Origin: Rhina ancylostomus | Lineage: Eukaryota | Assembly: GCA_030265395.1 (NCBI GenBank) | Contig: JARFYF010000017.1 | Coordinates: forward strand, 34,528,229-34,592,228 | Reading direction: 5' to 3' | Length of the DNA: 64,000 nucleotides | Shown: piece after piece, positions 26,450 through 39,789 of the stretch | How the letters are laid out: each line of letters starts with the position of its first letter | How positions within the stretch are numbered: position 1 is the first letter of the stretch | Notes under the pieces: model-generated | Seen by the model: only the letters and a program-made list of their open reading frames with translations | What the model was told of the DNA's origin: nothing | The model's database searches: none | Position numbers and translations under genes: made by a program

Positions 26450-27330
26450 GTTACTTTTAGTATCACTCAGTGATCCATCCCTGGGGTTCTCCTCTTTCTT
26501 ATCTACCAGTTATCTCTCCACATCATAATCTGAAGGTATGGTAATAGTTTTTAGATAAAGGCTATCTCACCACTATCTCCCTCAACCCTTTCAATATGTC
26601 TGAATTATCAGATGGCTTTTTGATACAACCTAGTCAGAAAATCCAGCAAAATATACAAAAGCCTAACTCTGTTCTTCTTCCTTGGCAACAATCTGAGATT
26701 GAACCAGACTGCATAGAATATTGTTATATTTGGCACAGACATGAGCTTCAGGCCAAACATCCATTTCCATCACATTAAGACCACCTAATTTCCAGTTGCA
26801 TTTTAACATTGCCCTGCCTTGATCTACATGCTACTGAGATGCTCATCAACTTATTCCTTACCTTCAGGTATCTATGACAACCCTCTTTTCACCTTAGATA
26901 CACACAAGGTCATCTGAAACTCTGCTAACCATGTTCCAACTTGTAGAAGTCTCAATCATTCATCACCCATCCATTTGCTGGTCTACATTGGCAGCCAATG
27001 AAGCAATACCTTGATTCTGAAATTCTTATCATTACTTTTAAACCTCTCCATGCCTCATTCCCTTTTGTAATCTCCTCCCAGTTCCATGACTCTGAGATAT
27101 CTATGCTCTTTTAATCCTAACCTCTTTAATGTTTCCTGTTTGAATCACTACACAATTGGCAGTTGTGCCATCCAAGGCCATAAGCTCTGGAATTTCCTTC
27201 CTAAATCTCTCTATCCAGTTCCCTTAATATTTTTCTAAATGACAAAGTTTTTGTCATGACCAATCTTTTGGTCATTTGCCTCAATATTCCTTTGCAAATT
27301 TGGTTTGATAATGTCTTAGGAAGCATCTCA
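26450..27330 (+). mobile_element. Old L2 LINE 3' fragment
   Basis: Decayed L2 RT/C-terminal motifs (gatccatccctggggttctcctctttcttatctac; LHWQP..KQYLDSEIL), and a ggccataagctctggaatttccttcct tail. Confidence 0.6.
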
Positions 27331-27484
27331 ACATTTTACAATGTGAAAAGTGAGAGATAAACACAATTTGTTGTGTCATTATTATCCAAACTTAGAAAAT
27401 AAATGGAAGAGTGTAAAAGACACTTCAGAAAATGTTTGTTCTTAGCGGCAAACTGAGCTGTCCTTCTGAATTGGACAGGTAACC

Positions 27485-28325
27485 ACATGGGTGGAGTTGT
27501 GAATAGTGAGGAAGTTGTCAAATAATGCATCAGAATATAGATCAGTTGGAAATTTGGATGGAGAAATGCCAGATGCAGTTTAATCCAGACAAGTGTGAGG
27601 AGCTCAATTGCAAGAGGAAAGTATACAATAAATGGGAGGACCTTTAGGAGCATTGATGTGGAGGGATCTTGGTGTACAAGTCCATTGCTCCCTGAAAGTG
27701 GTAACACAAGTGGATAGGGTAGTAAAGAGGGCATAAGGCATGCTTGCCTTCATCAGTAGGGGCACTGAGTATAAAAGCTGGGAAGTCATGTTGCAGCTCC
27801 ATAAAACTTCATTTAGGCCACATTTGGAGTACTGTGTGCAATTCTGGTTACTGCACTATAGGAAGGATGTGGAGGCTTTGGAGAGGGTGCAGAAGATGTT
27901 CACCAGGATGTTGCCTGGTTTAGAAAGTATCAGCTTTGCGGGACTGTCAGAGGATGAGGAGTGACCTGATAGAAGTTTATAAAATTATGAGAGGCATAAA
28001 CAGGATGGATAGTCAGTCTTTGCTCCCCAATGGAAGGGTCAAATACTAGAGGACATAGATTTAAAGTGAGAGGGGGAAAGTTTAAAGGAATTGTAGAAGC
28101 AAGTTTTTACACAGTGAGTGGTAGGTGCCTGGAACACATGGCAGGGGAGATGGTAGAGGCAGATACAATAGGTATGTTTAAAAGGCATTTAGACCAGCAC
28201 ATGAAAAGGCAAGGAATAGAGGGATATAGATCATGTGAAGGCAGATGGGAATATTTTGGAATGGCATCATGGTCAGTGCAGACACAGTGGGCTGAAAGAC
28301 CTGTTTTTGTGCTGCACTGTTCTAT
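27485..28325 (+). mobile_element. CR1 LINE 3' portion
   Basis: MQFNPDKCE, RDLGVQVH, GMLAFISRGTEYKSWEVMLQLHKTSFRPHLEYCVQFW..HYRKDVEALERVQKMFTRMLPGL, SNTRGHRFKVRG, plus 3' UTR. Confidence 0.93.
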
Positions 28326-29364
28326 TTGTACATGACAAGTTTCACTTTAGTTCATAAACTTGATATTCTATGTGAAAGAGATTTTTCAACATGGAGGGAA
28401 AATAAAGACAGTCGAGAGCATATTTCACAGGAACTTCTGATTGGCCAGCTTTTCATTCTGAACACTTGTAGAATGAGGGTAGAAAGAGACGTTTCCCTTT
28501 TGCACAAAGTAATAACAGCAGCAGTTATCGCCTGTAGCCTCCAGCAACTGGCAAAAGGNNNNNNNNNNNNNNNNNNNNNNNNNNNNNNNNNNNNNNNNNN
28601 NNNNNNNNNNNNNNNNNNNNNNNNNNNNTCTTTCAGCTGATAATGCTACCCAGCACAATTTAGGCTCATAGAAATAACATTTTTTTCTCCTCTAGCAAAA
28701 CAAAAAGACCACAGTTAGCACAAATGCTGCCAACTATTTATATCTGTCTACTCATTGTGAAGAACATATCAAATACATCCTTATTTTCTAAAAATTTTAA
28801 TTCTACTGGCAACTGGTAATGGTACCCCCTTAATGTCCAGCTGCTTAAATGTGTAAAGGTGAAACAGATGTGACCATTCAATTATTCTTATAAATTACTT
28901 GATGCAAGGACCAGTCAAACCTAAAACTTTTCATTCTTATATCACAGAATAAAGACATATCTTGCCAATATACTGCATATAATAAACTCCAAATATCTTA
29001 GGTGTGATCTTTCAGTTATGTAGTTAGTAATTGACATTTATTGTTATTATCTATTGTGGTACTTAACACATTAAGGTCAAATTTACTCAACAAAATTTGA
29101 TAACTCAATCCATTTTTTAAACATACAGAATAGTTTTTGCTCAGTTGTTTGCATAACGTGTGTAAAAGCTAAATAACTGGGTGACTTTAAAAATCCTCTT
29201 GCCATACCAAGGCTAGGATAAGCAAACATTGCACTTACACATTGAAATGGAAGATGAAAGGCAGCCATCTGCCCTTTAGTGGTCAGGAATCCTTATCTAC
29301 TGACCAGAGTCTTTACTGATTTGAGAAAGTACAAGTAGGTTGCACTAAGCGGTATGTTCAAAGC

Positions 29365-30843
29365 TTTTTCTTAAAAGATAATACAATCAAAATGCCTGTC
29401 ACTTAAATTATTTGGACAAATATGATATCGTGGTGATCCCAGCACCTGAGACNNNNNNNNNNNNNNNNNNNNNNNNNNNNNNNNNNNNNNNNNNNNNNNN
29501 NNNNNNNNNNNNNNNNNNNNNNNNNNNNNNNNNNNNNNNNNNNNNNNNNNNNACCTGAGACCCCATCAAACACTAGTCTGAAATACACCTTATTTGTACA
29601 TTGGATTATAACATGAAAGGAGCACCGGCTTCACGAAACATGGCATTGAAGAACTTTTTCTATTTGTATACAAACAACCAACATAGTAAATCCCTTGTTG
29701 TTTTATAGTGTTATATAAAATGGAGACACGGGATTCCCGTTTCCTGAAACCCCCCTACCATATGTAACATCACCATTTTCTTCAGATTGGTATTTTTGGT
29801 TACTGTATGTATTTCTTTATGTTTGAGTCACATGAGACAATATATTCCATGTATCATCATTCTTTTTGTACTGAGCAAAGATTAAAAGATTTCATTTCAT
29901 CATTTATATGGTTGGGTTATGAGAAAAGGGCATGGTGTTAGTTCCATTTTATTGTGTGTGAATTTGTGATGACCATACACCCACCAATATTTCCTTACTT
30001 TATATTCAATAGTGACAATTCCATCCTGTTTACATTCCTCATAAAAATACTTACTAATGTTACAATAGAATAATCCCTGTTTGTTCAGGTTATCAGGATA
30101 TAAGGGCAAATCTGACACCAATAATGTTGGGATTTAATCCTTGCATTAAAGAAAATATTGCAGTGGAAACTGAGCTATTTATTTTCCCCAAGTTCGACAT
30201 AAGTTCCACTGGGGCTGAGTTTCTTCAATTTAAGTCATAGACTCGTGACCATGAAGCAAAATATCCAGGAGTTGACGTGAGTGTAGGAAACATAAAAGAA
30301 GTGTATTCTTTGTCGATTCTGATAATATAATCTCCATAAACCACATTAAGATAAATGGGTTTGATGCTTTTTGCTGGAAAATTCCATAACTTGATCCAGA
30401 ATTCCAAGTTAAAAGTTCTTCCAATAATTTAATAAGTTCTTCAAATTAGAGGAAAACTACAAAATGGTAGCCTTTAAATAATTATCACATTGTCATCAAA
30501 TATTTTTTACCAGTACTCTGAAGGAATATTTTCATCAAAACATCCATCTTGTCAGTGGAAATATTGCTTCACATTTGCAGGGATTATTCATTTCAGTTAG
30601 TTTTTTATTATTCTCTTATTTTATTACTTTATTATTTATTACAATTTATATCGTAAACATTTTCAAAAGAAAGTTGACATACATCAATTGGGAATTAAAA
30701 AATAATTTTAGACACAGTTATCAACTGATTGAATTTCCATTCTCTAAATCTTACCTTTCTTGATGCGAGGGCTGTATTCTAAAGTGAAAGGTTAGTCAAA
30801 ACAGCTGTGTTTCCAATAGTAGTAAAGTGAATCCAATCATGTT
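29365..30843 (-). pseudogene. Degraded envelope/class I fusion glycoprotein-like frame (lokiretrovirus-like, tentative)
   Basis: Minus-strand segments with stops and frameshifts, in order: hydrophobic/Gly segment, heptad-like NNKVIK*ENNKKLTEMNN..C, CFDENIP, FMFPTL, PVELMSNLGKINSS, NIIGV/DL...KQGLFYCNISKYFYEEC, and a TM plus basic tail HDIIFVQII*VTGILIVLSFKKKL. Confidence 0.5.
30755..30778 (-). other. Candidate 24-nt microexon (AATACAGCCCTCGCATCAAGAAAG)
   Basis: Minus strand: tgactaac-ctttcactttag acceptor and AAG|gtaaga donor. Length is divisible by 3 and open in all three phases. It overlaps the env-like frame, so it may be fortuitous. Confidence 0.35.
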
Positions 30844-30943
30844 NNNNNNNNNNNNNNNNNNNNNNNNNNNNNNNNNNNNNNNNNNNNNNNNNNNNNNNNN
30901 NNNNNNNNNNNNNNNNNNNNNNNNNNNNNNNNNNNNNNNNNNN

Positions 30944-31510
30944 CCAGTGGATCAAACTGTAAGCATTTGAAAAGGACTGTGGATTGGGAGCATGAAGTTT
31001 AAAGATTTAGGAGAAGTTGGAAGGTGACAAGAGTTAAGCCGCTTAAAGATCAATGAAGAAAAAAAAGATGTAAACAGAATTCCAGCAAGAATGATAACAG
31101 TAGATGAAGAGGGAGAAGACAAGGGTGATAAATTTCTTCAAGACAGAATTTCATTGTTTCCAACTAAATAATTCTTTCATGTCTTAGAAGATGGATGTTA
31201 AAAATAGCATAACAGAAGGTTAAACCTACAACAGACACAAGTTATAAAATACAACATGATCAAAGCCATGATTTTGAGACATATATGTTCACAAATGATG
31301 ATAAATCAGTCCCAGAAGAACTGTAAGAAATGTACAAATGTAACTACAAGAGGGAGAAAGTCAAGGGTTGGGAAAAGGAGAGGGAAGAAAAGAGTGGAAA
31401 CAAATGTTGAAGTTAATTCTAATGATCCGGTGCACAGGTCAAATGATTTAGTCTTGCAGAAGAAAATCAGACAATAATGTAGAAAAACTCTGCAGCAACT
31501 GGAATAAGGA
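30944..31510 (-). mobile_element. Old L2-like LINE fragment
   Basis: Purine-rich plus strand with decayed reverse L2 RT motifs (gatcaaagccatgattttgagac; ggagaagttggaagg). Confidence 0.4.
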
Positions 31511-34500
31511 GGCAATTGTTGGTTTGACAGCAGGGAACTGCTGTGATAATTTGATCTGTGCTCTGTTAATAAATCACTGCACCATTTCTTCTAGTTTAGT
31601 ATCTGTTTATGCTTCTACAAATTGAAACCCCACTGGCTATGCACTGCAGAACAACATTCAGCGCAATAACACATAGGCTTGTCGATTAGTTCAAGGTGGA
31701 GAAAGATTAGTCGACCGTCCCAAATCTACAGTTACTCCTTCATATTTTGTCTTTCCCTGCTGAGGTAAAGGGGCTCAAACATATGTAAGTAATAAGCTAA
31801 CAGGCCTCCATCTCCTAAGGGTTGACTCAACGGAATGCAGAACAAACCTATAAAAATATAATGGACAGCAAGGTAGAGCAGACTAACAGAACACAAGACC
31901 ACATCTGTACAGCTATTTGGCGATGTGGGGATGCAATGCTTGGATGAATGTTAGTTTTGAGATGTAATAGTGCCCCTTTTTGATCTTGAAACATATTGTT
32001 AGAGGTACAACTTGCAATATATAGATGTGACTAGAGACATAAAGCTTGATAAATTAAGGGGACATGTTTGATCTGATACAACATATCCTAAAAGACCCCC
32101 AAGCTGTTAAAANNNNNNNNNNAAACAATCATGTTTAACAACAAATATTGAGAGTGCACGTGTAAATAGAGACAGTTCCTACCTATATCTTTACCATCAA
32201 TAAAATATCAGTTGCAGTTCATAAACACTTAGATGAGTTTTTGCTCACTGCATTGATACCCCTATCTCTTACATCAAGATTTCAGATCAAGATTTCCTCA
32301 TCAGTAGGATCTGATACAATTATTTTCAATGCACAGATCTTCAGTGGTATATATTTAATAGACACATATTTTTCTGTAGACATTAAATTAGTTTTTCAAA
32401 TGCCATTATTAAGATAAAATGATGAAATATACATAATTTAGCTTTTACAATTCCATTTTGAAAAGTTCCACTCAGTCAATAAAATTAGTTACTTGATGGA
32501 GATATGAAATAATTTAGACTACACAGTGCTGATATTTAAAAGTGTTCTTTTATATAAACGTGATGAAAGGATACTTGGGAACATATCTATGAAGATAGTA
32601 GCCCATATTGGATGTCTTGACTGTTTGCTGAAGAGTTAATATCGGTGCTCCTGGCAGTGAATGAAAAATGCTGCATCCTGTGATTAAACTGTTTATTTAA
32701 GCCACTCTAGAAACAATATAATCCAGACAAAAAATAACTGCGCTTTCCTCGTTAAAGCTTAATGAATTAATTTTGTCATCAAGAAACAAGTGGACTATTG
32801 ATTTAATAGACAAGGTGTTAAAATCAAATGCTGCTAGAAAGAGAGCTCTTTGTTCTGTACTCTATTAGAACATGCATGAAATAAACACTGACAACATGTT
32901 GCTAGGTCAACAAACAGAACATGATTGATGGTGACAATATGTGGCAAAAATCAATATTAAAAAATCTGTCTTCCTTTCAAACACTCCTCCACGTGCAGAA
33001 ACACAAGTAGGAAAACTTTTAACTGTGGGCTGTGTTCCCCCAGTTCAGTATTAATTCTAACATCTGTTTAAAGATCAATTCTTTTCAAATGTGTGTTCCT
33101 CTAAATTGAATAGTTACCCCTTCTTAATGTTGACTGCATTCTTCCCAGTATCAGGAAACTGAATCCAAAGACACTTTCACACACTAATGATGATAAATAG
33201 AGGAATTTTGAATTATATTACAAGGTCACTTTTTTCATCAGTGTTTCACTGTGAGATCAGTTTTCATAGGAGCAGGCACACAAAATTGAGTGAGCGATTC
33301 TATGTCATTAACAACCCAGAGAACTCTCAAGGCTATCATTGTTCCTGTACTCGATTTGTTGAATGATAAAAACTGTTAATGAAAATTAAGCACACAAACA
33401 CATCAATCCTGTCTGAGCCAAGAAAATCCTCAGGCATTTTGTTATGAATATATGTTTCAAACCCATTGAGCAGGTAAAGAAAAATTAGATTAGAATGGCT
33501 AGTTTTTTTTTACATTATCAGTGGTCATTTTATTTTACTTTCTAACCTATTATAACATGCTCTCTGCAGCTTTCAAATGGTATTCTGCACAACAAAAAGA
33601 TGTAGAAAGCTCACTTGTGCTTAACAAATTGTTGTTATTGTCAACCGCAGTAGTAAATGAATGTCTGCAAAATACCATGGTGAAGTCATGCATGAAGAAT
33701 TTTGTATGAACAGGTCTAAAGTAAAACTGGTTGGTCATGTACTGGAAACTAATTATTATGAGCATAGCAAAAATCAGGGTTCATTGTACATTACAAATAA
33801 AGAACTTGATAAAAGCAACATTCATTCAGATTTATGTTGGGGGGAAAATCTTACTACATTTTGATTCTATCTTTTTCAGCTCTAATTCCTAACAGGACTA
33901 AATTGAAGCAGTCATAGTATTATTCTGATGTCTCACTATCTTTTGCTATATATTTCACTTAAGGGAAGAAAATATCTTAAAGTTAGCAACTGTGCAGATT
34001 TCACTGAGCTACAAAATCATTTTTCCTTTTGTGCATACGATTTGTGCATTTTGCCATTTATTTTTAAAATAACAAAAAACAACACGGGTTAAAATTATTT
34101 ATTATTGAATTAACATTTTTCTCAAAAGATTGTGCACCTTTGTTGAATTATTGTATTTAATTATGGGAGTTTATATCTTTCTAAGACCTGAACAAAAGAC
34201 AAGCTGAATTCCTTAGTTCATATCCATTTGGTTAGGATAAAAGCTTACATTCAACCATTTTCAGATGAACACACATGCATAAAATAGAACTTTCTTTTTG
34301 CCTTTCTTGTACTTTTTTCTTCTATGGACCTTTATATCCGGCATTTCCACAGTGTACAATTGACTCAAATGTACTTCATTTAAAACACAGATTTCTACTT
34401 TCGCAAAACAGAAAAAACAAATAAAATAAATTAAATTCTTGCCATTGCCAACTGGAGTATTTTTATGTTTGCTTCATGAAAAGTGGGACTAATAAGTTCA

Positions 34501-37500
34501 GAAATTAGCCCAAAACAATCTGTGTTAAAACTGCCTATTACAGGGAACACTGTAGCTCCTGCTGGGTTTTATTAGTCAAATGTAAAATTAACAACAGTTG
34601 AAAACTATAATAGTTGGTTAGATTGGTTCCAACACAAATTTCCAATTTGAGGTCAGGTGGATACTCAATAAAATTTTATTGCTGGGGTCATAAGTAGTGC
34701 TGTGGATAACTGCAAGCAAACTTGGCTTTTGAAATTTTGTGATATTAACAGATGAGTCTGTATATGCCTTGGTAACTTCTATATAACTACAAATGAAACA
34801 AGCAGTCCATACATTTCAATGTAAACTATGCCTGGGGCCAACCAAATCATGACTTAATATTATTGAATTAGGTTAGCATTATGAAACTAATTCCATGAAG
34901 GAATTTGAACTGCTGTGCTTATTGTCACAGAGAATAATAAATGTTTAATTTTCAAAGTGGCATGCAACTGACTGGAATAAGAGTTTACAAAGATTTAAAA
35001 TTACTCTTCTATCATAGAAACACTCATAAAATTTACACTGCAGATCCACAAACTTTCTTTTAACTCTGTTTTCAGCTCAACTTCAGAGGTGCTTGAGAGC
35101 AGATCAAGAGGAGATTAGGTTATACTATCAGAGATTAGCTTTATTTTTCTACATAACAGAGCCTTTTGGGTTTTGTTATTCAACTTGCCCCTCAGGCCTG
35201 GGGATAATGCCATTAGAACCATTTTGCAGGCAGCAGGGTCCTGTAAATGAGGCCCTGATTTAAGTAGCTTCAAGCTGTGTGAGTGTCAAAGTTCTTGCCT
35301 GTTTACAGGTGACATCGTAAGAACCTCGAAGCACAGTATGGTCTTACAGGGATCATCAATGCTTTCATTAAAATCACTAATAACCCTTATTTCTGAACAA
35401 TCAACTCACATTTCATTTATTACATACAGTCATTACTTCATTTACTGCTGTAATAATACAACCAAGGATAGCAAAAAAAGGATTTTAAAACTGGGGACCC
35501 AGAGCTACCCCTCAAATCATCAATTCCAGTTATGCTCCATAGTTTGGACAATAGGCTGGATCTTTACCCCGATAAAATTACAAAAGTTGGAAGGTTTGTT
35601 AATAGACATAAGAAGTGATTTAAAAAACATGATGAAGAGCCTTTTCCTCCATTAGCAGAGATTGAAAGCAACAGCAAACTCTAAGAATAAGGCAATAATA
35701 GGAATGTATATTTACAAGATGTTTAAATAGCACATTGGAGGTCTAAATAGCATCTTAGCCAAAACTTTTATGGTCCGAGTTCAAAATTTAAAGTTTAGAA
35801 GTATTCAGACTTCTAGTTTAATATGCTGCCTAATGGTGCAAATTAATAATAAAAAAAACAATCACAACATTTCTGCAAATAAAACCCATTAGCAAGAAAA
35901 AAATCATGACCTCACATTTCTGGTCATCACATTAAAGCTACTCAATGGGCAAACAACTAATTCTGTCCATTCACAAATGAGAGAAGTTACACGTATTTGC
36001 TGATTTGCTGCCAAGTACAAGATATGCTTAGCACATAGCTTGTTGCTGAGTTTTAATAAAAATCACATACATAATTCATGGACATTTAACGCATGCAAGC
36101 ATCGGAAGCTGGGAATCCTCTGTTGTCATTCCAGAAGTCACAACTTCCTTACAGTATAAACTAAGGAGCAGACAGCCTGAATAGACCTCCTAACAATTTT
36201 GTTTGTGTAAGCAATCTGACCATCCTGACCATCCTTCCCTTCCTCAACTTTTCACAGTAAAGGCTTCTATTCTTGAGACAGCTTTTCAAACCACCAGCTT
36301 TATTCTTGGAGAAATGCTACTTTTGTGTTCTTAGTTGTGTTAAAAGGCAGATTTGTATTGGTTCCTGTAGACTCATAAGGAGTGAAGCAATGAAAACTAC
36401 CCACCCTATGGATACCCATGTTCCCTGAAAGATAAAATGTGAAGTGCTGCTATGGGTGTCTAACAGAAGGTCTTTGTCCCACAAATGCAAATGAATTAGA
36501 GGAAAAAGTAATCTCAGACAATGAGCAGCATGAAGAATCCATAGAGACTAGACAGCCTTTTAACCAACTGTGGCTATATTGTTTGGCTATGTTTCTTACA
36601 TTCTTTCTAGTATACATAATACTTCACGTTGACAACAGCTTCATATTGTAAACCTATTTATTTATTAGCCATTTAATTTAAAGCATTTAAATTCTGACAG
36701 TTGTTATACTTTGTATCCTTCAGCGCCAAAACTCCGTGTCTTGGCTCCAACGGTTAGAAATTTCACACATTTGATCAAAACAAAAAGCCTGGAAGTGAAA
36801 AGCATATTGGCCGTATGGATATAAAATATAAGGTTAAAACTATATTTAAGGCTCCACCAAGAAATCTAGTTAAACCAGTTTATAACTTCCATCATGCAAC
36901 TAATTTGGATTGATTTGGGACCCAAATAAGCATTATTAATTAATATGGATCCAAATGTGATTTATATCCATTATTCTCAGATGCTAATAAAATTATATGT
37001 TGTTGCTAATTACATTAGAAAAGATACAACAGAGCTTTCATTTTATTTCTTCTTGGTTGCCGGAAGAACATTTGATGAAATAAAGGCACTTTACTTAGTG
37101 ACAGCAAGCAAAATCCAATAGTTTACACCCCTGAATCCTAACTACCTACAGATCATGTATTAACAATGATAATAGCCTTTTAAAAGATTGTGATTATTTA
37201 CGTAGCTTGGCCTAGCTCAACCTTTAAAGTCCTATTGTTTGATCTTGTCCTGTGTTGTGCTATTTCTTTGCAATTGCTTAGCCAAGTTGACTCCATTTCT
37301 CAATAGTCAATTTAGAAATCTTGACTTTATCATGTCCCCCACCCCCACAAATGATGCCAAATTGATATATGTCACTTTTATTCTTTGCAGACATAGTCCT
37401 TTATTAAACTTTATCTTTACCATTGACAAATCTCTTTGAAATCCACCTCACCCACAAACCTTTTGTTGTCCCTCTTAATCCACCCCAAACAACTTTGTCA

Positions 37501-38299
37501 TGCCCTCCAATGTTATGAATCCTTGTTAGGATCCAGATGTCTTTTTTCATTACTAATAGCAGTCTGTAAATAAGTTTTGTAATGGAATGAAAACTTCATA
37601 AAAAATTTTTTGAAGCTGCCCTGCATAACTAAGCCAAAAAATAAGGGAATATGAGTATCCTTAAAGCTCCAAATTGGTATTTGTGACATGTGCATCCACA
37701 CTCGTAAAACAGATCATGTTAGACATTGTAACAGTAGATGCCATATTGCTAGATGCCTTAACACACAAGGAGTGGCTGCAAACTAGAATTCTGCAATGTG
37801 ACCAAGGCAGGACTAACGTCAGTCAGCAAGCAACAATGACTGGACCTCAGCACTGCCATTTTGGAGCTCAGCACTCTAGCCACACCACCTCACCTTCACA
37901 CATCTGTTTATTTAACAAGCAGCAGAGAAAACACCCACCCATGCAAATACAGCCACTTATAGTGATCATTAACTACTTACTGGTCAGTTGCTATTAATCT
38001 CTCCTGGCTACCCAGCTAAATGTTTGGTCCTGTCCATTGTTGCTTCAAGTTACTCAAGTTTAGAGGGAGTGAAGTGACAAATGTTGGATGGAGACACAAG
38101 AGATTCTAAAGATGCTGGAATCTGGAGCAACATTCTGGAGCAGATGTTGAAGGACATTTTGATACATTGAAAGCATCTCCTCCCAGGCAGGACTGCATAG
38201 TGGGCATATATCTGAAATGTGCCATCTGCTCCAGCCATGAATGTAACTTAGGAGCAGGGCAAGGACAGCATTGCTACCAACTATTAATGAAGACAAAGA

Positions 38300-39050
38300 T
38301 TAAAATAAAGGTGAACTTTTGTGTGATTGGCTCCTTCCAGGCTGGAGCAAGAGATATTGGTGATTTCTTGGAGTTTGTCACCTCTATTATGCAAGAGAGG
38401 TTGCTGAAACTCTCATTTTAAAAAGAACAATCTATGCTCTATTTTTTGTGGCATAGCTTCAGAGGCACAGAGAATACATTGTTTTATTGAGATTACAGAC
38501 ATTCCCATAGCATTTCTTCATACTGTCAATGCATGGATACATGTATCTTTTTATCTGTGCCACATATCAATTCTGCCGCATATCAAATCGAAAGGGCTTC
38601 CTCTTCCCCATTGTTCCATTGGTACATGACCACAGTCAACTCCGTGAGTTAAAGCCCAGTATCTTTGCAGAAGTCAAATTTCTTTCACTTTTCAGTGGTG
38701 CCCTAGCCTAATAGCATTTGAACCATCACAGGAAACCAGTGTGGTTACTAGGCTATCAACTGATGATGTGACAGGTCATTCTGATGTGCAGCTGATGCAC
38801 ACGTTTGTGGCAATGAATGTAGTGAAAACCATGGTTGCTGCATGATATCTGATAGAACAAATACTTCTGCTGCCTGACCCATAATGGCAGTTCCTGGCAG
38901 AGTAAATAACAAGATTTACGGTGGTCTCACTGCCTCTAGCTATACGATGAGTAAGTGAGGGTCAGAAGCATGACAAGGAGAAGAATGAGGAAGAAAACAA
39001 AGAGGCAGCAGCTTGGACAATCCTTACTTACCAGAGTTCTCTCAAGTTAA
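38300..39050 (+). mobile_element. Degraded PIF/Harbinger (HARBI1-like) transposase
   Basis: NFCVIGSFQAGARDIGD (cf. family motif FFATGSFQ...GD), SNRKGFLFPIVPLVHDH (cf. NRKGFHSxNVQLVCD), WLLG, and an acidic C-terminal tract, all in the expected order. Confidence 0.75.
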
Positions 39051-39789
39051 TTCAATTGTNNNNNNNNNNTATAATCCCAGGTCCCATTTACCATTAATTC
39101 CATAGTTTATCCACCATCTGTCATTGACCACCAAAATCTCCACAACCACAATTTAAAAGTAAAAGTCAACACCAAATCATCATTAAAACTGAATTTATTG
39201 ATTATGCCATAATACACACAATTACTAATTACTCCCTGTATTCTTTCAGTGCCTGTCTTCTGCTAGTTTTTGTCTGTCAAGAGTGCAACACAGCTTATGA
39301 AAGGCTTTTGACTTAGGGCATAGCTAATGGTNNNNNNNNNNNNNNNNNNNNNNNNNNNNNNNNNNNNNNNNNNNNNNNNNNNNNNNNNNNNNNNNNNNNN
39401 NNNNNNNNNNNNNNNNNNNNNNNNNNNNNNNGCTAATGGTAGCTGGTTTTGCAGGATGATCTTGACAGGCTAGGTTTTGAACTTATAAGGTAGAATGTGA
39501 ACTGGGCATCCCAGCATAGGTAGCCGCAGTCTGAGCCAGTGGACTGTCAATAGTTAAAGCTTCAGTGGAGTGGCAGCGGTTGTCACCTTGAGAAACTCAG
39601 AGGCTTGTGCTCCGTGAGACCATTGCCACTTTCCCATTGGGGTGGCGCCTCACCAAACTTAGTAGTTCATTGAAGGACATAGCGTTTGATGCTGGAAAGT
39701 TGGCCATCGGATCCTGGATCATGGTTGGGTCTACACGTGTTTAAAGGAGTTAGTCGTCAATTCTACGTAGAATAGATAGATTCCATATT

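Noticed and set aside
29264-29282. CTCF-like motif ccactaaagggcag on the minus strand
   Set aside because: Imperfect single match, not distinguishable from chance.
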